From Ophelia neglecta (taxonomy: Eukaryota): 64,000 nucleotides of DNA. The DNA lies in assembly GCA_965285935.1 (NCBI GenBank), contig OZ260662.1, positions 80,662,001 to 80,726,000 of the forward strand, written 5' to 3'. Both the position numbers and the translations under genes were made by a program. Below the pieces are notes generated by a model that made no database searches, had not been told where the DNA came from, and saw only the letters and a program-made list of their open reading frames with translations. Shown here one piece after another: positions 27,005 through 40,600 of this stretch. Every line of letters begins with the position of its first letter. Position 1 is the stretch's first letter.

Positions 27005-27125
27005 TACTAAGTGAGACAGTGTTCTCGGCTCCAGGGTCATTCCTAATAAAGTGCTCCAGGGCTGCGCCCTGTCGCACTTTATTAGGAATAACCCTGGAGC
27101 CTCGAACACTATCTCTCACATAGTA
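27005..27125. repeat. Long near-perfect palindrome (fold-back MITE-like hairpin)
   Basis: GAGACAGTGTTCTCGGCTCCAGGGTCATTCCTAATAAAGTGC..CAGGGC/GCCCTG..GCACTTTATTAGGAATAACCCTGGAGCCTCGAACACTATCTC: arms of about 50 bp with a tiny loop. Confidence 0.85.
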
Positions 27126-28393
27126 AGACTGGGTTAAAGTGTTAAATGTAATGTCATTGTCATCATAACAGGCTTATCATAATATTGGTAAACTGCAACC
27201 CAATGCAGCATCAATTGATCAATATATCATATCTGGTTATGAACATTTTACGCTCTTTGTTGTCGTAATAAACTTGGCGTTTCTTGTCTGAGGTCTAATG
27301 AAAAATTGACCATATGTATGTTTCTTAATTTTTTATAATAGGCCTATTATAATGTATTTTATTTTAAATATTATGAAGCAAGTTTTGTTTTGGACAATAT
27401 TAAAGCAACTTACGTTTAATCAGCACCCGCCCAGCACGTTTTGCACAGATTACGTGCGTGAGCAGCCCAATCTTTTTGGATTAAGTTTGGCCGATTTGGC
27501 TGGTTTTGTAAATGCGCTGAATATGTGATATAATTATATAGAAGTAAAATATGTGGTTCACTTCTTCTATATTAGTTATATATATATTTGACTCGAGAAT
27601 CCGCATGCCGGCGACGAATGTTGTATATTCTTTGGCTGATTTCGGATCGTTCAGAAATAACAGTTTTCTCTCGGGGGAGTAAGCTCCATATTGCTTAGAT
27701 CGGGCGGTGCCGATCAGGTTTTGAATACCCGACCCATGCATGTAAATCGTACCTAATAAATATGTACCAATGGATGGTAATTCCGGTTCTGGATAGCTCA
27801 GTGTAATAACGTTACACTACCGGTCTTCCCATTTCTTCAGTTTTTCCTCGTCCTTTGTCTGAACAAACTATCTGCATCCTGGCTGTGCTTGAGGTTATTA
27901 TCTCTGAACATTAAGTTTCGCTTAAAAAATGCCGCAAAAATACTTAATTCGGCCATGTCGTGTGTCCTATCGTCAGGTCTTCCACTCTGTCATCAGTAAG
28001 CGGGTTAATAGCTCATTCCTAAAGGTGAATACGTTGTCCATTGCAGGTGTCTGAATTAATAGTTAGACATTTGTGGAGAGGGATTAATCTTATTCGGTTA
28101 TTTTGCTTTGTCTTACGGGTATCCATATATATTATATTTATCTAATGAATATATACATATATATTTTAGCATCAAATTACGGTTAGAGGTGATTAATAAA
28201 AAACATAATTTAATATATATATATATATATTTGATGATGACACAACAGTAACAAGTAACGCAGTTGATCACAGTGGAAATCCCTGCATTATTATAACTAT
28301 TGAAATTGAAAAAATAAGTAGCTAAAATAAAAATTAGCCATGGAGACTCTCTTTAAGCTTTAAAATAATCGCTAGCATGGGAGCCATGCTCCA

Positions 28394-28680
28394 TAATATG
28401 CAATAATATAGATTAAGAGGTTATAACAAGACAAAAATATACTTTTGACAATTGCACGCAAAAGTTACCAGGTATATACAAACAAGACATTTAATAAACT
28501 GAACGATATCCAAGACACAGTGTCTGATCACTGTAATATGCAATAACATAGGTTTAGAGGTTATTAAAAAACAACATGAACATGATATGATTAACAATTG
28601 CACGCAAAATAATACCAAGCTTGTACAGACAAGGACTAAAAATGGAAAATGTCCATAACACAGTGTCAAATTACTGTAAT
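28394..28680. repeat. Diverged tandem duplication of an approximately 140-bp unit
   Basis: Both units share TAATATGCAATAA...AGAGGTTAT...ACAATTGCACGCAAAA..TACCA...ACACAGTGTC...ACTGTAAT. Confidence 0.75.
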
Positions 28681-29517
28681 GTGACAATGTAAAGTCACTT
28701 TAATATGACAATGTAAGACATGAAATGGCAAGCGGCCAGTAAAAAGGAATGAAAAGTAAATATTGGTGTCATACTTCTAGACCAAAGGCAGCACTCCACC
28801 CAACATAACACGTGTACGAGTATGATGCATATCCGTTAATCTATTTTCACTTTTAATGCTAAGATGAAATACCGTTCCCAAGTTCAAATTTAATACAATG
28901 TTGCGCATCTTCCTGTCCCTCATCGCGTTCGGAAATATTGACACAATTGCAACATGAACATTTTGCTGACACCTGAACAAGTATCCAACGCATGAGTAAT
29001 TGTAGCAAGAGCAAGATAACAATAGAACGATTTCGTCATATTTTGAGTCTCGCCATGAAGAGTACGGTATCTGCCTTGTCAATTTAACACTGCATTTTTC
29101 AGTTTCGTCCGACATCTTACAATTGCAACCCATGCGTCTATGACCCTGGTTGTACCAAGTCTCTGCTTCTGAGGCTACGTATTCAAGACTTCCTTCTCAT
29201 TTGTAATTGCTAACAGAATTTAAACGTGGGAGTATCATGTCAAGCCTATTATATATTGGTATACACTATTAATGAACACATCAGTCAGGTTCTGAAGACG
29301 ATAAACTTGGCCGAGAATAAGCCAGATTATCATGGATAAAGCCCAGTTACCTCGCCCAGAGGACACAGGAGTTTATATGTGGTCACGCAAGTGTTGACCA
29401 ATTGTTTATTTACAATAGCCTATGCATTTGCAAACAAATAATGAGCTCTTCCAAATATTTTCTTTACACCCATTACACAACAATCAGTAAAATCAGTTCC
29501 AGAATTGTAACTACATG

Positions 29518-29694
29518 CAGTGAAACCTGTGAATTTTGACCACCAATGGGACTGGAAAATACTGGTCTGCATAAAGAGGTGGTCGGCTTACACAGGTTAT
29601 TTTATATTAAAGAGTACACTATAGACTTCATATTAGTGGTCTGAATTGACAGGTGGTCTGAATATAGAGGTGGTCTTTAAGGCAGGTTTCACTG
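29518..29694. mobile_element. Full-length Tc1/mariner-type MITE
   Basis: Perfect 12-bp TIR CAGTGAAACCTG...CAGGTTTCACTG, flanked by TG (left) and TA (right). Other copies lie at about 6754, 13100 and, degenerate, 24080. Confidence 0.8.
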
Positions 29695-30929
29695 TATATT
29701 CATTATGAAAATATGATTCATTCAAAATGCCCAACATAGGCCTAGGCCTACGTCAACGGTCAGATTACCTCTTTATTTTTTAAGTCAATTATATAATGAA
29801 TAGTAAGTAGTTCGTTAAATTAACAAAATTGACCATTTATTATATTATTATTATAATGAACAAGATACAGTTTTTCACGATGAAATTGATAAATGGTCAT
29901 GTCCTAAAGTCCTTGAATATTCGATCATTAAACAGCCAATATTAATTTGTCTAAACAATTATTTATTATTACAAGAATTGTTTAAGAGGTTAAAGCCTTT
30001 ATTTATATTACCATATTTTTTAATGAAAAAATGTCTTATTTGAAAACGACATTCTTTTAACGATCAGAAATCTGGTTTATGTTGTCAGTAAAGCAACATT
30101 TGAAATTGTATACACGTTAAATCTCACACTGTAAGGCAATTTTCTGATTTTTCTAAGTACTTGTAGAGTTTCTTTACAGCTATTGACAAAAAGGATGGAC
30201 AAGCATTATCAATTTACGAAAACTAAAGGTAAACTTCGGAGAATTTGATAAGATAGAAATGGCTTAAGTTCTACGAAAAGGCATAGCTGCATGAGGCTGA
30301 CTCGACCGACAAGTATGTGACAAGCTTCATTTACAATCCAGAACTGAATCTTTGGGCAAATAGCCGCGGCTCATCTTATCAAGGAAGTTTTATCAGCGGA
30401 CCGTGGGTTTATCTTTTTCTTGTGATCGGCAATCAATCGTTGCGAAGACCTCGCCTCGACACCTAATTCACATTAACTATAGACACCAACAACGAAAGAC
30501 ATCCATACTTAGGTAGCAGGCATAAACAGGTATGTATATGGACACATATTTTTTTTGTAGTTAACTTTCCATTTTTACTCAAGAGTTTCATTATATTGCT
30601 AATATGAGCTAATATAACCTGTTGTGGGATTGACTACCCTAAAGAACACTGATTTTCACTTAATTATTATTATTATCTGTACTATATCTTTGAGTTGTTC
30701 TGAGACATTAAGTTACCAAAGCAATGATTTTTGGTTTTATGATATAGATTTATTGCGTTAAATATTATTCCTAGTGGTTAATGTGACCAGATATATATTT
30801 ACGGTTATTGGGCACAGCACACAAGATAATTTCTGGTAGACTTTTAACAGGCCTACCATTCAACGCTCTGCCTATTCAGTTTAAGCTATAGATCTGGCCG
30901 ATGTGTAATATCTTACTGCTGGACCACTG

Positions 30930-31166
30930 GGACCGGTTTCTAGGAGCGGAATTAAAATTAGGGATTAGATTAGCTCATTACCGATTAGCTGAGACCACGT
31001 TAATCGGTGTTTCCATCGACCAGGAGTAAGTTTAAGACCAATATGGCAAGGTTTGAGACCTAATCCAGATTACAGAAGCCCCTGATTAGCAAGTTAACAC
31101 TGGTTAAGCACTTTAATCCTGTTTTAATAAAAATTAAGGGCTAATACCGCTTCTAGAAACCGGGCC
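30930..31166. mobile_element. PIF/Harbinger-like MITE with 3-bp CTG target-site duplication
   Basis: CTG|GGACCGGTTTCTAGGAGCGGAATTA...TAATACCGCTTCTAGAAACCGGGCC|CTG, TIRs of about 25 bp. Confidence 0.75.
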
Positions 31167-32047
31167 CTGGTGTTCGTAGGTTGGCGGAGTGAAAACATCA
31201 TTCCCCTTTAAAAAGTGATAACCTATTATTGCCTGGCTTATCATTACTGATATGCCCCCCAGTGATGTTTTGTATACCTGTCGATGGTAGTTAAGCGTGG
31301 GTTGACCTTTGTGTATATTACTGTTGTCAATGGTAATGTTGTCAAGGTGTTTTCCGTTATACTCTGTACACGGGTCAGGAGCATATCTATTTACATGTTT
31401 GACTGTGCTATATAAAAATGTCGTCAATATACCCTGAAGGTAAAGGGTAGGTGAATCTGTTATTTTCGGATGGTTAAATGATACGTTTGAAGGTCTAAAT
31501 TGTTCTAAAGACTGGAAATGTTTTACCACAATCCATTTTAACTTGTACATTTTCCAGGCACGTATTGAAGTCGTCGATATATTATAAGAATTATAAAAGT
31601 AACATTTAATATTTCATCAAAATATAAGCTTGTGCTTTGAAATCCTGCTACTAGTTCTTTGTAAAATAAATGTGTGTGAGGCTTGACAATTGTAATGTTC
31701 ACTCACTGAGTGGCAAGGGAAAATACCAACAGAAAACCTACAAGCGACATTAATGAATTTTCACTGCATATGTTATAAATTAAAACTTTTCGTTTTCGTT
31801 AGGCCATAAAAAATTCTTCTTCATAACCCTTTGTCATACAGTGCTACTTTGTCACTACCAGTTAATTACTCAGTTATATAATTGATAACTTAAATGTAGT
31901 ATTTTTTTTCTATATAGAACTTTTTTTTTTGCTGATTTGACAAGAGTATATATAAGGACGCATGGTGTAAGAGATGCGATCATTCCAATTTGATATATTG
32001 AAATGATCATATATACTTTTTATTTTTGCAACTTTAGAGGTGTAGAA

Positions 32048-34547
32048 ATGCCAGAGAACATAGAGATGTCGGACAGCAAAGATCATATCAGCAGCCAAAA
32101 GAACTTAGTAGACCCCACTGACCAACCCCCAGAAGACCTTACAATTTATAACTTCGGAGAACATGTCAGGGTAAGATTTGTGCATCATTATTTTTTGTCA
32201 CTATACTATAGAGCCACTATAAGCAGGGAATGGAAATATTGGCCTAAGTTTTTCTTCATATACATGTATATAGGCATAAATCTTCCCTTACAAGCTTCCA
32301 GCAACTATTGCTGGTTGCTTTTTGCTGGAAATTATACTTGTATCAACATGTGTACCAACGACAAAGCATTTATCGAAAAAACAATTAGATAACTATGGGG
32401 CAAGTTGTTATATTTGCATATTACCGTATTCTCAATATTTTCGCGTTCATATAATTTTTTCGAGTTTTGCTAGCACAATGAATTTTCATGCTTCAATATT
32501 CCATAAAATGCTTTTCTCAAAGCTTCTAAAAACGGCACAAGCTAATATTTTGAATAAGTTATTAACAAAGCCATGAGCTCTTTAACATGACTATAGACAT
32601 AATGTATATTAGATAAAATCACATTTTAATAAAACCGTATTTCTTTTCTATTTTAGGTGGATTTTTTTGAGCTTTTTTCCGAGCCCGACAGTTACCGTGA
32701 CAATGCCTTAGGTCGAACAATCGGCGATAAAGTCATCCGAATAGGATATTTCAACTTATTTACATATGTACAGGTAAGACGACTATCTTATCTTGGGTAC
32801 TAACAGAAAGAGCTGACCGCCTCGCTGCCGATTGCCAGGATTGTAGCATGTACGTCCGCGCTATATTGCGCACTCATAATGTGTATGCCTACTTGCAAAT
32901 TTCCACTAAACTTGAATGAATAACAATTAATAATTTGCATTAGCATTAGAAAAAGATAGTAAGGTTACTGCATTATTCTTTTCTTATGATTGTCGCTACT
33001 TTTTCACTAAAAGTGCTGCACATTTTTTGTTGGAAAAATTAATTATATAATCAAAAGTGCCTCCAGGGGTAACAGCTAGTTAAAATGGAATAACAGCACA
33101 CACTTTAGTCAGATTTAATATTATCAATATAAAGTTAAAGGCCCCCTAAAAACCAATTAAAGATGAATATTATATAAAAAAAAAATCAAAGTCCAGTTCT
33201 ATTTGAAAACTGTTCGATGGCATTTTGCTTGTTATATATATTTGGGAGTTGTACTAATTTTCTCCAATACTCTTTACATCAAGCGAATGGTCATAATATC
33301 AATACTTCTACTAATAAAACTCAACTTCATAAATGGCCGTCCGGAATCAATAAATGTACGAAGAGACTTACATGGGTTATCAGCAATACTATGGTTATGG
33401 CAACGCAGACACCTTCGTTATCAGCTTATCATCCGCGGCTAGTAACACAATCTAGGCAGGTCTATAAATTTTGAAGATCATGGCCCGCAAGATCCCCTAA
33501 ACGGGTATGTACAATCCATACAAAGTATATGTATTTTCTGTTAACATGGCTACGCACCCATGCACTCCATCATATTGCACAGTGAACATGTCACCTTCCT
33601 TAATGCCTCATATAATATCATACAAGTTCCTCCTGCTTATTATGCTTGCTTATACAATTTATGATATTTCATTAAACTACTTTTATTACTGAAATCGTTC
33701 TAGCACCCTCAAGCACCGTCTCCTTATCAGTTCTCGGCCAGAGGTACTGACATTCCAGACATGCACATACTCGAATTCAGGATACCATTGAGATAGGCAT
33801 ATATCCTATATTACACTGACCTCTCTCCATCGATAACTTAAGGTTGAAATATATTTGCCGCGTTGAATAATTAAGCTTTATTTAGGAATTCTCCGCTCTC
33901 AAAAATTAAGCTTTATGTAGGGTTCTGCGCACTTAATAATAATTATTAAGATTCATTAAGTCATTATATACGCAAATACTTTTCACATAAAGCAAAACAT
34001 TAAATGGAAACCGAACGTTTAGTTTTTGTTCGATACTTTAAAAGGCATCATTTGCAGAACAGATTTTTATTTTAATGATTTGATACGTAAATGTGTCATC
34101 ATTCAGTTGCCATATATAATATCTGCATATCACAAACCGTAATTATAGTATGTTTGAAAAGTTAAAAAATGCATGTCAACAGGGCATTAACGCAGCAGAA
34201 ATGTAAATAGACAACTACGATATTTCAGCTTACACTCGCTGTTTTATTTACAGGCAGGTTTCTACTACATCCTGTCAGTTGTGGTTGGATTAGCCGCATC
34301 TCTGCTGTGGGCGATTCTCACTGGCGCTAACACAGTCATTTTGGTGTGGGTGGTCCAACCCTTCTTCAAGTTCTTCTTCACCTGGCTGCAGGTGGTTGGC
34401 GTCTGCTGGAGGGCTTTGACCCGTACTGCTTGTGACCCGGTGTGGCAATCTCTCGGTCTGTCTCTTAGCATGATCAGAGCCAAACTAAATCTAGGCCTAG
34501 TGGGGCTCCGAGGGCACGCCTCAGATATGATAGTCGAGAGTCTGTAG
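32048..34547 (+). CDS. Caveolin-like protein 2, isoform using terminal exon 3a
   Basis: Exons 32048-32170 (MPENIEM...GEHVR), 32657-32773 (VDFFELFSEP) and 34254-34547 (AGFYYILSVVVG...VWVVQP...CDPVWQSLG). Phase-0 intron positions match caveolin-like gene 1. Confidence 0.9.
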
Positions 34548-37331
34548 CAGCCTTAACCACAACCTCTACCTTTTCGTTGATTTCAGTAATGTTGATATAT
34601 ATTTTAATATATGTAATAACTTAATATAAGGAATGTATCGTTTCATATCGGTGTATAGACCTGTGTTATTATAAATTATACTATCACTTTACATTATGAA
34701 ATTGAGGGCAAGAGTCATTTATGCATTATTACTTTAGGATGCATTAATTGTAGGCCTACAACTTTTCTTTTGGCCATTCTAAGGGATTGAGGTATGGCAG
34801 GCAGCTATGCAAAAATGACTGATAGCTTGTCCGATTTGTTTAAATGGATGATATAAGGCCTATGCCGAGGAGTATATTTTTGTGGCGAATGACATTGTTT
34901 GTTTAGACGGAAGAAGTCTTTGAATGACATCCTACACAAAGTCCCAGTTTCAACTTGTACACTTGAATGTCAGACCGTTTATCCCCACAAGAAGGCCCCC
35001 GGAATTGAGCTGATTTGAGCATGTCATTTTGTTGTAATTTTCGCTAGACATGAAATGACGACTTTTATTGACCGTCACAACAAGCAAGCTGAAACCAATC
35101 TCCTCAAACCCCAAGAAAAGGTCATTTTATTATTAATTGTTTACAAAAAGAGTATTTATTGGACGACGCGGGTCCTTTTCGTCATTCCTTTTCGCGATTG
35201 AAATTCCGTTTCCGGTGTTGCATTTTCGTCCATGGAATAATACGTAATTCGTATTCAGAACGCCGGAAGTGGCTCGAAGGCAATTGCATGGGATTGATTC
35301 ATCAATCGCCTAGACCTATACGTTTGTGAATTAGTTCACGTATATCGGCAGGGACTTACGAATGAAAATAAAGAATGAATTCTTGTGCGATTAAATGGAT
35401 GATTTTCTTTCGAGTATGGTTGTTAATATTATTTCTAATCGCTTCTACATTACTTCCATTTCGATAAGACACTATTTAGTGTTTTTGCGGGAAAGAATAT
35501 TTTCAACCTTATAAATGAAATTAGAAGTAACCTAAATATCCCATCTATGCTATGGGGACATTGGACAAATATTCAGTCATCGTAACTTCCTGTCTAACTT
35601 CTACCATTTAGCATGAAAAAAGAAAGTTTAATGCAGCCAAACGTGGTGTATGCAAAAAGACCATTGCCCTTGACAACGTTTGTCCTAGACTACTCCCGCT
35701 TCTAGAACTAGTCCTCATACTAAGCCTATATTCAGTCAGAAAATGTTCACATGGTAACAAGTGTTCATGCGTTCAGACATAGACTTTTGAATTATTAATT
35801 TAATGATTATAATATAAGTTAGGTCATGTGTATCAAAATGTTTCATGTAGCAAACAAGGTTAAATGTGTTTCTATAGTTATGCAGAAAATAAACTGTTTT
35901 TGAAAAAATCAGCAATTGTTTTAAATTGGTGTGTAAAAAATGCGCGATTTCCTCCAGTTAAAGTTTTTTCAACTTACTATGTCAACCTACGATCGTGCAT
36001 TAAGGTAGTATTTCAAATCGTTTTTTAACGTCATTGGTTACGGAATTTCCGGGACAAATTTTTCCGAAAGTACATGTCTTCACCTTTAGGTTGATAATAT
36101 ATCACTGTTTTTAAATGTGTTTTCCTTTATTGTAAGGATCCGACCGTGGCAGAACATTTCAGCGCAAGAACCAATGAAAACAGACGCTTTTATTGTGTTG
36201 CTGAATGTTTCTATACACCGTATCAATACAGAATAGGACGAACTAAAGTAAAATATGAAAACCGTGTTAAGTTTTGAATGGCATGATATTGTTAGTTTAA
36301 GAGTGGGCATATTGCTATGCCTGGGTTAATTTGGACCCTGTGTGGACATTTTATAGTCGTTATAATAACCTGTCGGGATTTCGAAGTTACATAAAAGACC
36401 ACGCCCAGCTGGGAATTGTTACTGTCGTTTTGTTATTTTCAAATATATGATTTAACATTTTCTTCTTAACTGGTAATAGATATCTGAGTTATGTTATATT
36501 AGCGATTGCTGATCCTTTGGGTTCTTTGGAGTAAATCTCCTTAAAAATGAATGACATTGACACGGGGATTGTTTTGCGAATTATCAGAACAAATCAAGAA
36601 TAGCGTCGACATTTTTTCAATGTAGAAACTAGAAATGACAAAACAATGATCAATTTATCATATTTTATATAGTTACTTAGTAAACATAATGTTTCCCTTT
36701 TTTATTAGTTTTTTTGCCATTGTGCTCGAAGGTAAATATAACAAAAATTTATCAGCAATGACTTGTATCATTTTCCAAGGTATTTTAAATTAATTGGTTC
36801 ATTGCAATCCAAGGGAATAAAACAGCTATAGGGTGGCAAATCCATGCCTTTCTAAGAAGTTTTCACGAATTAGGATGTCCGAAATCTAATAGAATAGCTT
36901 CAGTACACCAGTTTCTCTACATATATTGTAAAAAGTTTTGTACGCGCATTATAAAAGATTTACTCATGTAACTAACGCACTAAAATTATACACTTTTTTA
37001 CGAGAAGAAAGAAATTAAAAAATTAGAAGTAAAGTTTTATATTCTGTTGCACCAAATTTCTCTTTGGACATTTTCATAATAACTAAGTAGCAATTGTCTA
37101 TATATTATGACTCATCTGCTTATACCAGTTATGTATAATTCATCAGCTTCCTCTCTTCATTTGGTTTGAATATAACATGTATAACAAACTATTGGTCATG
37201 ATGATAAATGCCTACCATGGTATACATTTAAAATATAATAAGCGAACAACATAATTTACCATCTGACCTGTATAACCAAGAGAAATATATCCTTTTCATT
37301 TTTATATAACGCATAAAATTACTTGTTTCAG

Positions 37332-37628
37332 GCGGGTACATACTACATTCTGTCGGTCATTGTAGGCGCCGTAATGTCCCTCGTATGGGCCATCGTCACT
37401 GGGGCCAATACCGTCATCTCAGTATGGATACTCCAGCCACTCTTTAAGTTTTTCTTCACCTGGTTGCGTCTGGTCGGTATTCTTTGGAAGGCCGTGGTGC
37501 GCACTATGTGTGATCCATGTTATCGCTCGATGGGTCTTTCCCTCAGCATGATTCGAGCCAAATTAAATCTTGGACTTGCCGGACTGAAAGGTTCCGCTAT
37601 AGAAATGGTAGAGGTTCAACAAATTTAA
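37332..37628 (+). CDS. Duplicated caveolin terminal exon 3b (alternative last exon of caveolin-like 2, or a partial paralog)
   Basis: Acceptor ttgtttcag, then AGTYYILSVIVG...VWILQP...CDPCYRSMGLSLSMIRAKLNLGL. The frame is intact, the phase matches exon 3a and the protein is highly similar. No exon 1/2 homolog was seen between 34548 and 37331. Confidence 0.85.
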   Translation, partial: AGTYYILSVIVGAVMSLVWAIVTGANTVISVWILQPLFKFFFTWLRLVGILWKAVVRTMCDPCYRSMGLSLSMIRAKLNLGLAGLKGSAIEMVEVQQI

Positions 37629-40600
37629 ACAAGCCAGTAGCAACATATAACTTTCTGTAGGAATATGTTACATATCATCCTTCATTGTGTGCTACCATTT
37701 ATTACAAAAAATCCCTCCATATGGAGTATATAGGGCTTATGTAAATATGGTTATTCTGCAGAATTCCCGAGCAAAAAAGCCTATCTTATAATGTTACCAA
37801 TTGGTGTGCTGTTTATACATTCTATATTATCTTTATAACGGTCCGTACCTTGTATATCTTATGTCACGCGGTTGAAAAGTGAGGAAGCCCCATGCCACAT
37901 GGTACCACGTCTAAGTATATCGATGACAAGCGACCAACAGGTCGTTATTCGACACCATTTCTATAATTTATCTATACCGGATAACCTATAGGCTCCAATT
38001 ACCAATTAAGCACATGCACATGTTTATACTTAGAATGCAGTCCCATAACTCTCGTGGAAATATCACGTGAGCCGCAAAGGGTAAATTAAATTAATAAAAC
38101 TCGGAACTTAGGAATTGTATGATTTATTACTTTGTACGGGTATGTCCCAAAAAACCCATATATCTCCAATCATTAATTTATCTGAATGGCTACATTATTC
38201 AAATACAAAATCATAACATGTGTCCCCGTTAGCTGTTGAGTATAAGACATAATTATGTTCAAATCAAAATCATGTATGTCCAATTCAACATTTTATAATT
38301 CAATATTCATAATGGCCATTATTAACCCAATGATCGGTTCCTGCTAATTTCGGACTGATCATATGGACTATTCTTGATCATGTTTTCGCTATGTCTGCCG
38401 GGTGTGCGCTCCCATTTTATTAACTTGCAATTCTAGAATCTAAATTATACATCTTATCCCGTGGTGAAGAGACCAATACTGACCATTACTTTTATATGAT
38501 GTCACTGCCCATTAAAAAAGAAATACTTGTTCGCCATTAGTTTTAATATTAACAAAAATGTATTACGAACTACCCTGCTTGGAAATCGCACATACACTCA
38601 TGACTTACCGCTCCGTTATTGGAGGCATCTCATAGATGCAGGATGATATGGAGTCAAAAATCTTCAATTTTGCAGTTGGCTTCGATGTAGGCCTTCCTGC
38701 TGTATGTTTAAAGGCACGGTATGGTACACGTGAATTCGGCTTGACCCCGTTTACCAGTACAGCAGTCACCGTCACTCCCAGCCTGACGAAATTAAAACCC
38801 TCTGCATGATTGTAGGAATAACGCATGACGGCTAAGAATAAAAGAAGTGTATATATATATATATTTTTATTTTCCAAACAAGACATTAGTTTAGCCCTAG
38901 TAACACTGAAACAACAAACAATGATGTTAAAGTGCAGTTCCTGTTACTAAACGTCACATGAAGTGCAGAGAGTCGATTTAAAAGATGGGGACTTGGGGGA
39001 ATTAGTTGGTTGTATGCAAGTTATTTTTGTTCTTTGCCGTCTTAATCCTGGGCTTATGTAATTCGTGAAGCTTAGCATGTGTTGCTAGTAAATGCTGTTC
39101 TCACGATTTATAGTGTGACGACTCCTCTTCTTATCTATATTGTTTCGTATTACACATACACTTATTCTGAATTCGTAAACGACAAAAGCAAACATTCTTC
39201 TGCTTCGTACATGGTTGTGTGAAGCGTAAGTTAAGACACAAAGCTAGGATGGGTTACATATCCAATACATTAGATGAATGAGTGATGATATACCATCACT
39301 TTTATGCAGTAGTTTGTGGTCAATGGGACACCTGCGAGGTGATGATGAAAAAGATAATTATATGGGGTCGTGCTTGGTTGAGCTCGGAAGTCACATTTAT
39401 CGATGGGTCCCGATCCGGTTGTTGGGATGGGAAGTAGTGAGAAACGATTGAAAAGTGACGCTTAAAGATTATTTGAATCGGTATTTAAATGCGATTTTGA
39501 ATCAGGCGCTGACTTTAAAGGCCGATACCTTTTGCATTCGACATGGCGATTATTTCCGAGTAGCCTTAGAGCGCAAAAGTAAACCGATATTTCAGAGCGA
39601 CCTGATAAAACGAGGAGTCATAGGTATTATAGTAAAAACTTTTAAACACGATGTGTCCATACAGAAATTTTATTTTATTTTTGGATGCCGACAAAAATCC
39701 AATTAGAATAATATTTGCCGTGAGATTTATCTTTGGGTATTCTACATACCTTTCTTTGGGTGTCAGTGGATCCCAAGAATATATCCTTATCAATTTTTTT
39801 TTAAATACTCAAATTATTGCCGTTTCATTTTTGGAACATTATTGTTTCATATTTCGTTTTCTAAACAAATTATAGAATTCGTGACTCATCTATATTTTTT
39901 ATGCTGGTTCCTGATGATATCGGAACTATTTAATGAATTATTCTTGATTAATGATTTCGTTTTGACTACCGGGTAGCTTATCCAGTTTATGTTGTTTGTA
40001 ACTGCCTTTTTGACAATTGAGTGCAAACGATGTGAAACTTGATTTTTAAAAAATATTTAAAAAACTGAATGTGATACATTTAGGCCTAAGTCAACTATAC
40101 TTGTTAATTGGTATTAGAATCAAATACCACAATCTCTCAAGATCAATCAAGGAAGCTCCAATGTAGCCGAACCCAGCTAGCACAGTCACATTGGGCCAAC
40201 GTTGTGCCAATTATTCATGATACATTGGCCCTTACAAAGCCGGGGGAATAAACTCAGATGTTGTTTTACCTCCTCTTCTTCTTGCACCTCCCAAAATTCA
40301 AAAAGGGCCTTTTCTCCTTTTTTTCAATTTAAACCCATCAACACTCCCTTTCTTAAAAGAAGAAAGTTGACATTCTTTTTTAGGGGAGGATCCGATGTTT
40401 AAAGATACTAAATGATGACTTATGTATTAAAAAAAGTTCCAATCTCTTGGCAGAATAACATGGCGACTAATCTATTGGGTATCAAGTTTACAAACATATT
40501 GCGCTGCTAGAAATTTAATCTCGAATTTCCTGATCTAGGTTGAGAGTAGGTGTGCCAAAGTATACGGTTGTGTTTTAATCTCAGGGTTCATATCAATTAA

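Noticed and set aside
26402-28680. Tandem repeats considered as a CRISPR-like array
   Set aside because: Eukaryotic context, only 2-3 contiguous units, no unique spacers and no cas genes.
31134-31550. 138-aa minus-strand ORF
   Set aside because: No motifs, intron-like composition, runs into a MITE end and lies antisense to the caveolin-2 5' region.
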